A DNA stretch of 64,000 bases. It comes from Takakia lepidozioides (taxonomy: Eukaryota; Plantae; Bryophyta). The translations under genes were made by a program, and so were the position numbers. How positions within the stretch are numbered: position 1 is the first letter of the stretch; each line of letters starts with the position of its first letter. The notes under the pieces were generated by a model, which saw only the letters and a list, made by a program, of their open reading frames with translations, did no database searches and was not told the origin of the DNA. The stretch lies in the NCBI GenBank assembly GCA_030704615.1, contig CM060732.1, forward strand, positions 15,004,001-15,068,000, read 5' to 3'. Shown piece after piece: positions 23,752 through 37,530 of the stretch.

Positions 23752-26700
23752 TTAAGTAAATATGGACAAAATGATGAAATCTGGACATTTGATAAATAAT
23801 TGTAAATAATTAATAAATATGGAAAATACTATATTCAGTATTAACAATGCATTAAAGCTTACAATTTTGGATTTTCCAGGATTGGTCCGAAAAGTAGCAT
23901 CGTCCTTTGCAAAATAAATGACAAACAAGACACCTATGTTGAATTTGAGGAGATCGCTTGTGAGTATATTCCTGGCGGGGAGATCTCCCGTGCACTTGAT
24001 AGATAACTTCTCGCAACCCACGCGAAACGAATCATTCGATCACTACATGATGGTTTAGGGGAGAGAAGATGAGAGGAGTTTTCCCGTGAAAACGTAACAA
24101 ATGCATGTCAATATCATATAAGAAACAAGGTAAGAGCTTTAAAACCAGAATGGGTCGTGACTCAAAATTATTGGTAGAAACATTGAAATAATTATTGAAA
24201 CTTAAGGGATAGAAAAATCTTTGTCACATTGAGGACATGAAATAACAAACGAAATGCATTGAACCGTCAAATACAAGGTCAGATACAATGTCAAGTACAA
24301 TGTCAGCTTGCTGCTGGTGCTCCCAGACCTCCCCCCACCAAGGGAGATCTCCCGTGCTCCATACGAAAAGCGTCGAGCCGTCAAATTAAAAGAAAGTAAG
24401 ATCTAGAAACATTCACATGAACTGGTCATCCAGAAATTAAAACTGTCCGGTAAAACAACAGTTATTTGTCACCCTCCGAATACCAAATAAGAATCCAGTA
24501 AATGCCGAATAGACGTCGAGACATAGCAGGGGAGACCTCCCGTGCTACAACTGAAACCAATAGCACAATCGCGAAAATACAATTTAGAATGTCGGCGTCA
24601 TAAGGCGCCACTGTTAAAATCGGAATAGTGAACGACATTCTGCTAGAGAAGATATAAAGGTTTTGGACCAGACAAAATCCTCATCGTCTTCAGAAAATGA
24701 AACATTTGCGAGTCCTTACTATATTCTTTAATGAGCTCTAAGACAAATATAGTAATCATGATCGGAAATAGTCAAGTCACTGTAGCACGGGACATCTCCC
24801 AAGCACTATGTGTAAGGGAGAAAACCATCAACCACCATAGGAGATCGGCCGTCCGACATACGAAATGCGTGGAACCGTCAAACGGAAACAAAGTAAAATG
24901 TGCAACCATTCACATCCACTGGTCATTCAAAAATTCAAAATTTTGGAGATCAGAACAAAAGCTATTTGTCCGCAGACCAAATAAGAATCCAATAAGTAAT
25001 ATTAAAAAAAACAACGAGACATACCACGGGAGACCTCCCGTGTTACACCTGAAATCAATAACAACATCGCGAGGATACAATTTACAACGTCAAATTAAGA
25101 AGGGGCCACCGTTGAAATAGATATATAAAAGGACACTCCGCTAGGGAAGAAAATACGATTTTCGGACCCCGACAAATCCTTATCAGATAACGAACCAAAT
25201 TGGGACTCATAACTATATTATTCAAAGAACGCTATGGTGAATGAGAATATTAATCATGTTAGTCTGCAATAGTCAAGTCTCTGTAGCACGGGAGATCTCC
25301 CATGCTATGCGCGTAAAGGAAAATACAATCAACCAGAACTAAACTTTATTGAGATGCCGGCAGTCAGGGTTCAAATCGCTAGAGATATAGATGTTAAGAA
25401 ATTGAAAGGTTGAAATGGTCGACACAGAGAATTCAAGGTCAACTTCTGATTGTCAAAGGAGCTCCCACAAAAACCTGGCAATCACCAGTAAGATCAATAT
25501 GAACACATATTGTCGTCAAATTAGCACGGGAGATTTCCCGTGCACCTTTCTACACTGTGCTTAATCAAACTCACATTGATCGTTTGCAGCATATAGATTT
25601 GCTTTTGCTTTAACTGCTTCGGCCTTTCCAATACGTCTAGAGCTCCACTTGGAGGTGTTTTTCCGAGGACGCATTGTCCACACCACACTGTTCGTATGTA
25701 TCCACTTTGGTGGATCAAATTCACTGAACTCCCAAGCTTTGTCCCAATAGTTTCTATACCTGTCCACGTCCTCTGCTGCACCACCTTTAGGTCTCCACCA
25801 CTCCAGAAAGACTTGCCGATATCTCTCATCTGAATGGTCACGAACAACATCTGAAATTGCTACACCCATCCAAACTGGATATGTCTCTGTGTCTGGTGGT
25901 CGTACAAGTACGAAGTTTTCAATTTCAATATCTTTGAATGGGTTCATTGGCTCTTTAGGTCTCTGACTCTTTGGCCCACAATAGGGATCCAGCTGGTTGC
26001 GATCTTCCTCCTCTGACTCCTCCTGACTCTCATATTCAACCCTAATCCAAACTCTCCGTCAAGAGTGATAAAAAAAGCAAGCATCCAACGATTTTTGTTC
26101 TCTCTTGAAGAATTGTCCATTTGCAGGTATAGTCGACGGTTTAATGGCTTGGCTCGAACAGGGCCTTGGGATACCCTAGGCTTCAGTGCTTTCTCACATC
26201 GAGACTTTCCCCTCATTAGAGTTTCAAAAAAGGAGTTCTGCATTGGATGATCAAAAATTTCTTTTGACTCTCGACATGTGGGCTTCTCAAGAGCGCGAAG
26301 ACAACGAACCAAGGAGCTAATTGTCAAGTTAGGATCACTTGGCCAGAACTCGTTGGTGAACTGAGCATAAGCACCGTCACCATGGCCATGAGTCACCATA
26401 CCTGTTAGGGATATAGGTAGATGACCCAGACCAGATTTCATCTTGTTTGTTACGAGGAGCCGGGGCAAGGCAGTCTTTGAGTGATCCATCTTATCGTGTA
26501 TAATACACAGAAACTCCTCACCCATCATCGTTGATTCATTCCGCCAACTATGATAAAGCCTGCGACATGACTCTTGATGCTTCAAATGTCTCTCAAATTT
26601 CTTTTTGTGCTTTCTCTGCTCCTCAGTTCCGCTGACTGACTTCTGGATAAGATCTTTGAACATCTCACAATCTGTGCATTTCGGGAATTTTTTCACCAGG

Positions 26701-29700
26701 TTTCCGAACTTCAACATTCCCGAAAACTTTCGTTCAATTTCGGCTTATTCCAGACTTCGACAATGCCTTCAAGCCCATTCGTTTGTTTGCCTGATCCAAT
26801 TGTCAACAATGTATAGAGTTGGTAACGTATTTATGACGGGACAATTCCCGTGGACATTAACATTGAAATCGAACATCCAATATCTAAAACCAACAGATAT
26901 GAAATTTGATAGATGCAAAAATAACGATAGAAACAAACATTTGTTCGTAAAGAGATGGACTAACTTCTCTCGGAATGATCCATCAATGGTCTGTCGGTTT
27001 ATATGCTCACAATTTGATATCGACTATTAGCACGCAGAGATAATGATGATGGGAGGTCTCCCGTGACATCCCCTCCCTTGAAAGTAGAAATATTGTTAGA
27101 GGCAGATCCTGATTGGGTTGGAAAGCAGTATCCTACCTCATTGGACTATCGGTTCTGCTTCTTCCAATTCATCTCCACCGGCAGCAACTTCAGAATATCT
27201 TGCCTTCCTTCTCCGATACCTCTCATTTTATGAGACATGAGGTCACTGTTTCTTGAAATCAGCGATAACAAATTTGCCTCGGCCTGCAGGGTTACTGCTC
27301 GGGGTTTCTTCATTCCTCTGTTTCCATGCATTGATGAGATGTATCCATCCTTACTCTTCCTCTTGTATCCATGGTACGTTGACCTTCCGATTCTATGGAT
27401 TGTCCACCACGCCTTCTCACAGACCTCAACTGCTTCCATTGTAAGGTAGGCAAGACGACCACAACCTGGAAGTCGGTGTAGTCGTCGGGGGATGTCAAAC
27501 CCTAAAAAGAAGATGCCAAGAACTTACTCCGGGCAGCCTTAGTTTCTCCCAACTGAAGTGTTGACAACAGTTTCGAGCACAACAGCTCACATAGCTTACT
27601 GCTTGAATTGACTCCGAATTTAAGAGTCGGATCAATTTCGTCCCCCTGGAGTTCTCATATCCCTTTCGAACTCATTTCAAACATTTATATTGCGATTTCT
27701 TAACTCCTTCGAGGTGGTCATCCTTCGTGTCTGACTCGTGCTCTTCATAAAACTTTGTGAGCAACTCTGATAGTTTGCGGCCGTCTCGAAGTTTTGTATG
27801 TGTAAGCCGCCATTTCGTAATTGTCATTAACATATCCTAAGCTGAGCCAGAGACAGCTGTAACGATTACACCGACATGTTCCTCCCCAAGGTTTTCAGAG
27901 AGAATAACTTCGTCAGGAAGATAGGCCTCAATCCGGCCTTCAGCGATGACGTCCATCTCATCATTGAGAAGATTGCACATCTGATTACGCCAAGTATCTC
28001 TCACCCTCCATTCGCACACATTTATGAACTTGACTAACTTTCTAGACAACGGGTGTCCCCAGGGCTTCTCCAAGAGTTTCCTCGTTTGGATGTGAAAATG
28101 GTAAGCTAATGGACTCCATTGCATGTGTCATGGTTTTCAAGATGACGCTCACTAGACTACTAGAGAAACGCTTGCCATGACAAAATCCCTCTCCCGATAT
28201 ATTCAGACAGGTACCTTCAGCAACAACCTTAGGAACTCTTGAGCCGGCGAGGTGGAGTAGACTCACGACTTCTCCGACTGACAACTCTCCTATGGAGGAA
28301 ACCATCTTCGACCGCGGGAGATCTCCCGTGCTATACTGCTATGTGTATCCAAACAAATTTGTTTCAACTACAGTAGGACAATCTGCCGCATGACGGGAGA
28401 CCTCCCGTGCGATGGACAACACCTAAACATGGCATCTGACATCCTGATTTCCCAATACATGAATTGTAAGACTTGTCTCTCCACAAATTGAAGGGAGACC
28501 TCCCGTTCCCTTGGCAAAGACCCTAAGCCCATGTTGCCTTGAAACACCAGAAATGAGCCCACAAAGAAAAACAGATGCCGAAAACAAATGCAAACATAAC
28601 TGACGAAGTCTGTTAAGTATGACAGGAGATCTCCCGTTCTCTTCGCCTCAGCCATAACACAGGCATGCACTGACGATTGGGCCCAGGAAGATTAAAGAGA
28701 ATGCAGATTACAAATACAAACTAAAAGGGGGGAGAATGTTAAGGATGACGGGAGATCTCCCGTTCTCTTCTCTTCAACCCTAAAACTGAATCGAAACAAA
28801 ACACCAGGTATGGGCCAGTGGAGAATCACATCTGCTGAATACAATGACACAACACAGCAAGGTTCAATTCCAAAACTTGACAATCCCTCTTGACTCCACG
28901 AAGACATGAAGCGGAGGATGTCTGAGGTGAGTCTGTAAAAACTACTGAAAAGAGAGAGAGAGTTTGAGAGGACTTGGACAGAGAGTAGATAGACCATCCT
29001 CCCACCCCTCCCGAAAACCTGCACTCCCCATTTTGGCAGGGCTTCGCCGAGACAGGATGAAATGAGAGGGAAAATGTTGCCCTTATATAGACCCCCATTT
29101 GCATGCGGGGGCATGAGGCTAACCACCCATACACGAGGCTTGTACAACAAGGGGAATCGTTTCATTAATTACTTGTCATAATGACTGGGACAGGGGGCCT
29201 CCCGTACCCGGCAGTATGACATCTGCATGGCCGCCACGTGGATGGATATCATCTATGGTGTACCTGCACGACGACATCAATGTAATCGGAACCGCCCGAT
29301 GGGATCCCAAATCTAATCTGAGCCGTCGGATTCGATGGATGTCGTATGACCTCCCATGACCATGATGACGCTGCGCCGCGCCACAAGAGCTCTCCCCACG
29401 CAACATTCATTGAAGGGTAAGATTAGTCGTAGCGTACCGTAGCGCTGCCGCCGCATTATGGCCACGTGGAGCACGGGCATTGAATGTGTGAAGATTCCGG
29501 GCGTACTGTGGCATTGGCGGCCTCCTGTACTCTGACGTTCCAGCACATGCGTAACCTGCCTGCTCTCCACGTGCTGGAATACTAACTATGGATATGCCAT
29601 CACATGCATGCTCAAATACATCGTTGAATCAAGACCGTCCATTACAGATGGAGGGCATAGAACCTTCCATGTTCATGAGTTGAATGCGCCGTTTCACGGT

Positions 29701-29730
29701 CGAGCCCTTGTAGAGCGAAAAGAGGGACTC
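23752..29730 (-). mobile_element. Defective DNA transposon with a Sola-like (DUF7869-type) DDE transposase; ends not defined
   Basis: Transposase motifs (next entry); ~500-bp tandem units at 24330-25330; recurrent CACGGGAGATCTCCCGTG palindrome. Confidence 0.6.
25561..28305 (-). pseudogene. Sola-like transposase with two N-terminal TNP1/SH3-like repeats, a probable intron (~26790-27135) and an internal deletion at ~26065
   Basis: CTDCE...HLKHQESCR...IIHDKMDHSKTALP...LYLQMDNSSRENKNRWML; VVAEG/VIAEG repeats. Confidence 0.65.
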
Positions 29731-30860
29731 ACACAAAGTACCCTATGTTATCCTTAAACTATCAGAGTGACCTTTTGTCATTCCACACCTCTGCTGCAGC
29801 GGAAGTAGAAAACACAGGTGCAGATGGAACTTCAAATGTTGAAATCAGCTTGTCTTGGGGTGATTGCATATGCGAGTAGCATCCCTGAGCACAAAACAAC
29901 AATGCAGGAAGGGTGAAGCTCTTGGAGTGGAGCCACTTACTAATATTGGCATGGTGATTCAGTCATCAGAGATCCAGCCAAGGTTGTGAGTGCTAGAATG
30001 GTCAGGCAACAGAACCTCACAATCACTCACCCTCAATCCCTTTTTATTAAGGGCTGGCTTGGACTCTGGCCTTCACCTGCAGTAATGGTTTTTCTATAAT
30101 CTTCATCAGGCTAGTCAATGCCGCATACCATCCCTAAGCCAGGGCACATGAAGACCACCTTAATGGACAGATTAATGAATGTGGAACAGAGAAACTCTTC
30201 CTGACCTTACAAGCAAAGTCGAGAAACTAAGTATGCACTGCCCAAATGATTCTACACCAGAAAATGCACAGTTGGATCAGGATTTCTAGTTAGCATAAGG
30301 TTCAGTTTCAAAATGCAGACTCGATGCATTGGGTTTGTAACAAGAGGGAATCAGAGGCAACTATCCTAAACCCTTGTTTACATCAATTACATCAGCAGCC
30401 AGGGAGGTCACCAGTCGGATAGGGTAGATGAGGTAACATCTATACACTAAGTTCCCAAGACCCTTCATCCCGCTGCTATCCACGCTGAAGCATAGCAGAT
30501 TTCCAATCAGTGATACGAGGAACACTTATTGTAATGTATGCATCCTGGATGAGAGAGAGAGGGAGACCTAAGATTAAATGCACAACATGAATGGGTTAGT
30601 TAGTTTTGTTATCAATGCCGCAACTACATGTTGTTACCCAACATGCCACCTATATGCATGAAAAGAGGTGCATAACTACTGGAATTGAAACCCCATCCGA
30701 CACCTAAACCCTACGAGAGTTGCTTCTCTGCAGCAGAACGTGAACCCACTCTGAGCATTACAAATTACCCCAAACACTGTCCGTCACTTTATTCAGACCA
30801 GCAATCACTAGAGAACAACATCATTTAGACAGTTCCACCACCATGTCTACTTCCACATCC

Positions 30861-31404
30861 CTGGTATCAGTTCCAGCTCTACCCTTCTACTCAGCCTCCT
30901 CCATTCTTCCTCATTCTCACCTCCGCAACCAGGAAAAGAAAAAAAGCCCCTCCATCTTCGCCCGCCCGGCCTATATCCATCCCTTTCCTCGTCTCCAGCC
31001 ATCCACCACCAGCCGCATCGCCTGACAATGTTGAAGCTCCAGTTTCCAAATAAAGCTCGTACACCCCACTACCCCAGCCGAAAATGCCCATCCTCCCATC
31101 TACTGAGAATCCCAAACCATTTAACAGATTGGCTTGCATCAAATCGTAAGTTGGTTGTTTGTCCGCACCTCCATTACAACACTGCTTACATCAGCTACCC
31201 TACGGCTTGCAGCGCACCTTCCCGACACTATAGAGATCAACAATGAATGTACCCGCCATTCATTGTTGAGGGATCGCTAACTTCATCCCTGGGCTTTAGC
31301 AGAAATTCACACACACAATGATTCACCAATCTTACCTTTGGGAATTAGCTTAAAAATGTCAAGCTTCAAACCAAAAATAAATTGAACCACGATTTCGCCC
31401 TACA
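30861..31404 (-). repeat. LTR-like segment; inverted copy at 35415-35982
   Basis: Starts TGTAGGGCG after a purine tract (minus strand AAAAGGGGAG); ~560-bp inverted match. Confidence 0.8.
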
Positions 31405-32750
31405 TATGTAGAGCGTCTCCCCTTTTCAAGTGCCAGCGTCCCAGTTGGCAATGGGTTGCTCCTCCATCTTTTCCTTGCGATTATACAACTTGAGATCTCT
31501 TCTACTTCTGATCCAAATTTTACCAGATCCATCCTTCAACTGGCAGCTACGTTCCGCCTCTTTGCCTTTGTCTTGATCCTGGTGATCCTTGTATCCCAGG
31601 AAAGAGTAAGGTCCTCACAGCCCAACACAGCGTGACACAGCCTATCACAGCCCATCACAGTGTCACACAGCCTATCACAGCCCATCACAGTGTCACACAG
31701 CCTATCACAGCCCACCACAGTGCCACACAGCCTGTCACAGCCCAACACAGCTGCCAAAATGCTGCGCACCATCTTCGTTCTGTTATGCCAGAAGTAACGC
31801 CTGCAAACCTCTTGCTGCGTTCTCTTTTCACCAAAATGCCCCATCAGCTCATGCACCTCCATGATGATTGATCTACGAGATTGTGCCGGTGGTACAAGTC
31901 TACCCTCATAGTAAACCTTTCCTATAACAATACTTGTTGGCCCTCCTTACAGCTCTTCTATTTTCTGCAGGAGTCAAATAGTCATGAGCCTCACCCAAAG
32001 TTAAGATATGCATGGCTTGGACATCCTCTAAAATGTCTGGTTTCATTTCCTCACGTTGTTTCTGTTGCCATCCTGCCTGTTCATCCATCCGTTCTGGTAT
32101 ACCTCCTTGATCTACCATCCTGAGCAGCTCTTCCTGTTCCTTGCGAGTGGGATTCACCTATACCCCCGAGCTCCCCACATGGTTCCATGGTGACGTGGAG
32201 CATGGGCTGCGCAAGTCACCCTTATCACCATCATCTTGACTCCCATCTTCCTGCCCTTGCATTCCTGCTGATTTGGATTCCCTTGAGCTGGAGATCGGAC
32301 TGTAGCCGGATGTGCTTGTACCAAGTTGTAGGTTGACATGCTCAGCTTCAAGCTCTTTTACCGTGTTTGCCTGCTCACAACGTCTGCCGTAGAAGATGAT
32401 GCTTTCAAATAGTCAGGACTGCTGCTCCTTTGTTTCTCCTTTCCAGGCCGTTGTTGCTGCCCTACGAGAGACTGCCTTCCCTGCCTTGTCTGCACCACAT
32501 TGATGGTTGGCAGCTCTTCCATCCACTGAACCTTGCGCTTCCCTATGTCATCCTTTGCCGTTGGTGGTCCTGCTCCGCAGCTGGTGATTCAGCACACTGT
32601 CTTGTTTGCTGGATGTGCCTGTACCTTTCACTCCCAAATGGCAATTCCCCAAAGAATCATGTATACTATCTACACTTTCAACTTTCATGCTTTCATCCTC
32701 ATAGCCTTGGGTGCCCACAGAGGGTGCGGATGTTGCATGAGCAGTGAGCG
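31405..32750 (-). pseudogene. Gypsy pol remnant (integrase HHCC region)
   Basis: EVHELMGHFGEKRTQQEVCRRYFW; truncated at the minisatellite. Confidence 0.7.
31614..31752. repeat. 30-bp minisatellite (~4.5 copies)
   Basis: CACAGCCTATCACAGCCCATCACAGTGTCA units; encodes (GCDRLCDTVM)n on the minus strand. Confidence 0.9.
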
Positions 32751-32899
32751 GGATTAAGCATGAGCATGAGCATGAGCAGAACATATTTTATGGATTTTTT
32801 GCCAAATTTATCCCTTGTGGAGGTAATTTTGGACTGCTTTTCCGATAAAAAAAATGCCAAGTTCTCCATCATCATTGGCTTCGACCTTAGGTTCGGATC

Positions 32900-33187
32900 A
32901 GAAAATATAGATTCGGCAGTTACCGAACCTGAGTAGTCGGTGCCGATTATAGCACAACAGTGCTATGAGAGTTGGGTAGTCGGTGCTGATTATAACATAC
33001 TAATGCTCGGACGGATGGAAAGCGGCTACCGCAGAAATAGGACCGTTTTCTATTACCGTGGTCCGGCCGAGCCGGCCGACCTTGTGGCCGACTATAGTCG
33101 GTGTCGGAAAATATTAAAAAATAAAAAATAAAAAATAAAACTATTAAAAAAACTATAGTCGGTGCCGACTATACTTTCGCTCATCTA
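32900..33187. mobile_element. hAT-like terminal remnant
   Basis: Repeated TAGTCGGTGCCGACTATA motifs ending in ...GCTCATCTA. Confidence 0.4.
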
Positions 33188-33221
33188 CCTAGTTGATAAT
33201 TTTGTAAAGGTTGTTCTCTAA

Positions 33222-33744
33222 GGCCCCCACCGCACCAGCTTGCTATCGCCTGCTACACTCCTACTAACTACTGCTACATAGAAAATTGCAGCCGCACTGA
33301 CATGTTTAAAATGTTTTAGCCATAACTATAGTTATCTATCATAAGAACTTCCTTCCTACTTTAGAGCGAATCTAGCACTACCCCCCCCCTAGTGCTAAAT
33401 CTAAACAGGCGCGCCGTTTTTGGGCAGCTGCCCGCGCCATTCTCTGCCATCGCCATTCCCATTCGCCATTTAAAGCCTCGAGTAATGTGCAGCATTGTGC
33501 TCCTGGCTCGTGATCTTGTCTCGTCATTGCTCCTTTGGCTATGGCGAAAAGGAAGGAGGCGCGAGAAAATGGCGAGAGGAAGTCGGGCAGGGGCAGACGA
33601 ACGCATGTTTAAAACTAACAATATGCACTTAAAACATGTTAAGCTAAAATGTTGGTGCGGCAGGGATATTGTTAGTTGGAGCAACTGTTATGAAAACGGG
33701 CATGCTAACCGTTAGCAGGTGAACAGCCCGGTGCAGCGGGGGCC
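33222..33744. mobile_element. PIF/Harbinger (Tourist-like) MITE
   Basis: TIRs GGCCCCCACCGCACC / GGTGCAGCGGGGGCC; TAA TSD on both sides. Confidence 0.9.
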
Positions 33745-33999
33745 TAAGATGTTCTTCCCCCCTACTTCGTATTCTGTATTACACTCTGTGGCGACTATAA
33801 CACCTAAGATTGGGGCACGGATATAGACATTCTATCCCCTATTTCTGTTGTCTCTTACCAAGTTTAAAATAATGCAGTTTATGTACATCGACATCCACAC
33901 AGGGGACTTCCAGGAGGTCCGTTTTTTGTTTTCAGGGTGGTTCGGTGTAGGTTTGGGGGAGGTTCGGAAAAGTCCGCTCATGCTCATGAGCTCACCACT

Positions 34000-35077
34000 C
34001 ACCGCTCATGCATTTGCAATCCCCCCCACAGAGGCCCCTGGCTCCTCTCTTGAAAACTTGATCCTATACTTCCTTTCAAGCTCCTTCACTCCTTTCTTAG
34101 CATCCACAAACTCAAATGAGAATCCTTCTAGGCTGTTAGTACCAGAATGATGCCCTGAGAAGATCCACCAGTAGGGGTCTAAGTCAGATTCTACAAAGAA
34201 GTGCCTTCCCATGAGAATATCCTTGAAATGCCACAATGCCCATACACAAACGTAGTATTCCTCCCTTTTGAATGCTAGACTTTTGGAATCAATCATGTGT
34301 GATGTTGCTCTATAAGCCTGGGACACGCAGTTTCTCCCATTCTCACTATATTGATATAATGTGGCTTGAGCGACCCCACTGTTGCTGATGATTCTAAGGA
34401 GAAAATCCCCTGCCTCTCCTTTATGCAATTCCATGCTCTGGGTGATTCCTGTGGCATTGACTTCCAGCTCTTCAGACTCTTCAGCAGGTCCGACAGGATA
34501 CCTACTCAAAGCATCCACATTGGAATGCTTCGAACCAGCCCTATGTATTATCTTAAAATCAAAGTCCTGTAATATCATAATCCATCTCCCATGCATCCCA
34601 GAGGCGTTGACACTTACCGTGGCCAGCCATTCAAGCGGCTTGTGGTCTGTTCTGATGATGAACGGAGTGCCATATAAATATTGCCAAAAATGAATCACAC
34701 CCCAAACTAGAGCATAACACTCACCTTCCATTGGGTGATATTTCTGTTGCGCCTCCGACAGGACCTTGCTTACATATGCAACCACCCTTTCATTGCGATT
34801 GTACTTCTGAGACAGAACGGCCCCGACTCCTCGAATGGACCAATCTACATCCTGAATAAATGGCCTCGAAAAGTCAGGCTTAGCAAGAACAGAGCTGTAC
34901 TCAACTTTAACCGCAAAGTTTCAAAAGCATTTTGAGCCCGATGAGTCCACTTGAAGGTTACATCCTTCTTAGTTAATTCAAACAAAGGCACACAGATAAG
35001 AGCAAACCCTTCAATGTAGATCCTGTAGTACCCACTCATGCCCACAAACACCCTTACCCCAGTAGGATTTTTGGGAA
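34000..35077 (-). pseudogene. Gypsy RT-RNase H fragment plus second degenerate RNase H; relative of 22600-23750
   Basis: VAYVSKVLSEAQQKYHPMEGECYALVWG...TDHKPLEWL; EEYYVCVWALWHFKDILMGRHFFVESDLDP. Confidence 0.85.
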
Positions 35078-35414
35078 CACCCCGTTAATATAAACACCAA
35101 ATAACAACCAACAGAGCGGTCTTTCAAAACCGAACTTCTCCTATCTCTTCCTCCCTCTCAAGCTCTCAAAACTGGTGGCTCTAAGTTTCAGCAGGGCTTT
35201 GCCGTCATGAAAGTGTGAGAGGAAGAATGAACCAGGGAGCCTCCCCTTTTATACCCGGGGAGGCAGACCAGTGCGATACCTCGCCATGGGTATGCGATGG
35301 CAGGGATGCCCAGTGCATGTCCCAAGAACTGCCACGCGCCCGCCATGCGCGAGATTCAAGCGGCGGCGGCCGCAGGGCTAGCAAACCTAACCAATCATAA
35401 TTATTAGGGGAGGG

Positions 35415-35982
35415 TGTAGGGCGAAATCGTGGTTCAATTTATTTTTGGTTTGAAACTTGATATTCTTAAGCTAATTCCCAAAGGTAAGATTTTTGAGGTG
35501 AATCATTGTGTGTGTGAATACTGCCAAAGCCCAGGGATGAAGTTAGCGATCCCTCAACGATGAATGGCGGGTACATTCATTGTTGATCCCTATAGTGTCG
35601 GGAAGGTGCACTGCAAGCCGTAGGGTAGCTGATGTAAGCGGTGTTGTAATGGAGGTGCGGACAAACATCCAACTCGCGACTTGATGCAAGCCAATCTGTT
35701 CAATGGTTTGGGATTCTCAGTAGATGGGAGGATGGGCGTTTTTGGCTGGGGTAGTGGGGTGTTTATTGTACGAGCTTTATTTGGAAACTAGAGCTTCAAC
35801 ATGGTGATAAGGATTGTCAGGCGATGCGGCTGGTGGTGGATGGCTGGAGACGAGGAAAGGGATGGATATAGGCCGGGCGGGCGAAGATGGAGGGGCTTTT
35901 TTTCTTTTCCTGGTTGCGGAGGTGAGAATGAGGAAGAATGGAGGAGGATGAGTGGAAGGGTAGAGCTGGAACTGAGGACCAG
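35415..35982 (+). repeat. LTR-like segment, inverted copy of 30861-31404
   Basis: Direct sequence comparison. Confidence 0.8.
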
Positions 35983-36245
35983 TATGACGGGACAAACTGC
36001 ATCACCACAAGAAATTGTAGCGGAGAGGGATGCCCTCACGTTGGTGCTTAAGACTCTCAATCCACTCCACTCACAGGCTGCAACTGAAGCGGCAATTCGC
36101 GACATCATGGGCAAAGACAACCTGGAGCACATTCACTTCGGCAAATTAGCCACAACCGAGAAAGTCAAGCATACATGCCTTGCTCTCATCACCTGCAAGA
36201 ACCCAAGTGTGTACACCCTGTGGTGCAATCGGCCCCATATACCCT
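35983..36245 (+). pseudogene. LINE ORF1 fragment (RRM-like middle part)
   Basis: TLVLKTLNPLHSQAATEAAIRDIMGKDNLEHIHF...CNRPHI; reading appears to continue at 41993 on the minus strand. Confidence 0.55.
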
Positions 36246-36695
36246 GTAATTGCCGACTCCTTGTCAAAAACTTCAAAGGTATAATCCACAGGGTAGTCTG
36301 GCAGACATCGCCACCGCGTATTAACGGAATCAAACGCCCACCACTTCCGTGCACTTATGAGAGGTTGTTCATCGTATGCAGGCCCAGCCAGCATGTAAAC
36401 CCATTCCTCCTTGATCTCTTCGTCATTGACAATCGATAAGGCATTCTGCCATTTCTCACACACACCTTTCAACGGCAAATACTATGAGCGAGGTACCCTT
36501 GTGATGCACTCCAATGCCACATGGTCTGTCGACCTCGGAATCAAGGAGCTGTCATTCGATTGGTCCTCCGGCTCTGCCATTGCTAGAATTCCATTTTATT
36601 TATGATTTCTTACTATGGTTTCGTACTAAACTTCATAAAATATATACTAATGTACATGTGATATTCTAAATTATGATCCGAAAAATTGATCGACA
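36246..36695 (-). pseudogene. Duplicated 5' part of the F-box/kelch pseudogene
   Basis: Reverse complement of ~57836-58286. Confidence 0.85.
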
Positions 36696-36699
36696 CACA

Positions 36700-37530
36700 G
36701 CCCATCCAAGGGGGGTCACAAGCAAACCGATGCCATACAAGCAGCTACCATACCCCTATATACACGTACGCTCATGCGCATGCTTCCCACAACACCCAAT
36801 GCACTGGCAGATACGTAGGCAATCAATCTCCGCACCAAACAAACTTCAAGCGAATTTGACAGTGACATGGGCAGTAGTCCCTCAGACTCTAAGAAGTCCC
36901 GGGGACCCGCTGAGTCCGGCCCTCTACAAGTCAGGGACACATCAAGCTCCTACACCACCCCTCAAATATGGATGGGAACCCGACACTGGAACAAATCGCG
37001 GAAGATTCCAATGCCCCCTTTGTCACCAAGGAGCGATCGGGCCTCGAGCTCCAAAGTTTGGGCCTCTGCCATGCAGAAATCTATGATATGCAACACTGCC
37101 TCAATTCCTACCCAAGGGTGCCTCAACTTTTCTTCCCAGCAACAAGACCGGATGGGCGGGAGGGCCAGTTGTACCCATTTACGCAGTTGCCCAAGGGCAC
37201 ACAAGTGAATCCGGTGTCTGGGATACCGCTATCCCCTCCACACATCATGATACGATTCGACAAAGACTTCAATATGCCCAACGAGCAGGCCCTTTACAGA
37301 GCACGGAAGCGATTCGAATCAATGAACATCCTTCTCGGGAAGATCTTATACTCACCCCTCACTGCGTACACGAAGCACGGAAGCAAGAATTGGTCTGGGC
37401 TAAAGGTCGAGCTACTGCACCCACACACAGATGGGTTGGCTCTCTTACGAGGCGACATGCCCTTTATATTGGAAATGGCCTCCGGTGTGCCAAGAAGGGG
37501 AATCTCCCCGCCTCACCAGATCACCTATCA
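36700..37530 (+). pseudogene. LINE ORF1 N-terminal fragment
   Basis: YPRVPQLFFPAT...YPFTQLP...WSGLKVELLHPHTDGLALLRGDMPFILEM resembles bryophyte LINE ORF1 (from recall). Confidence 0.5.
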
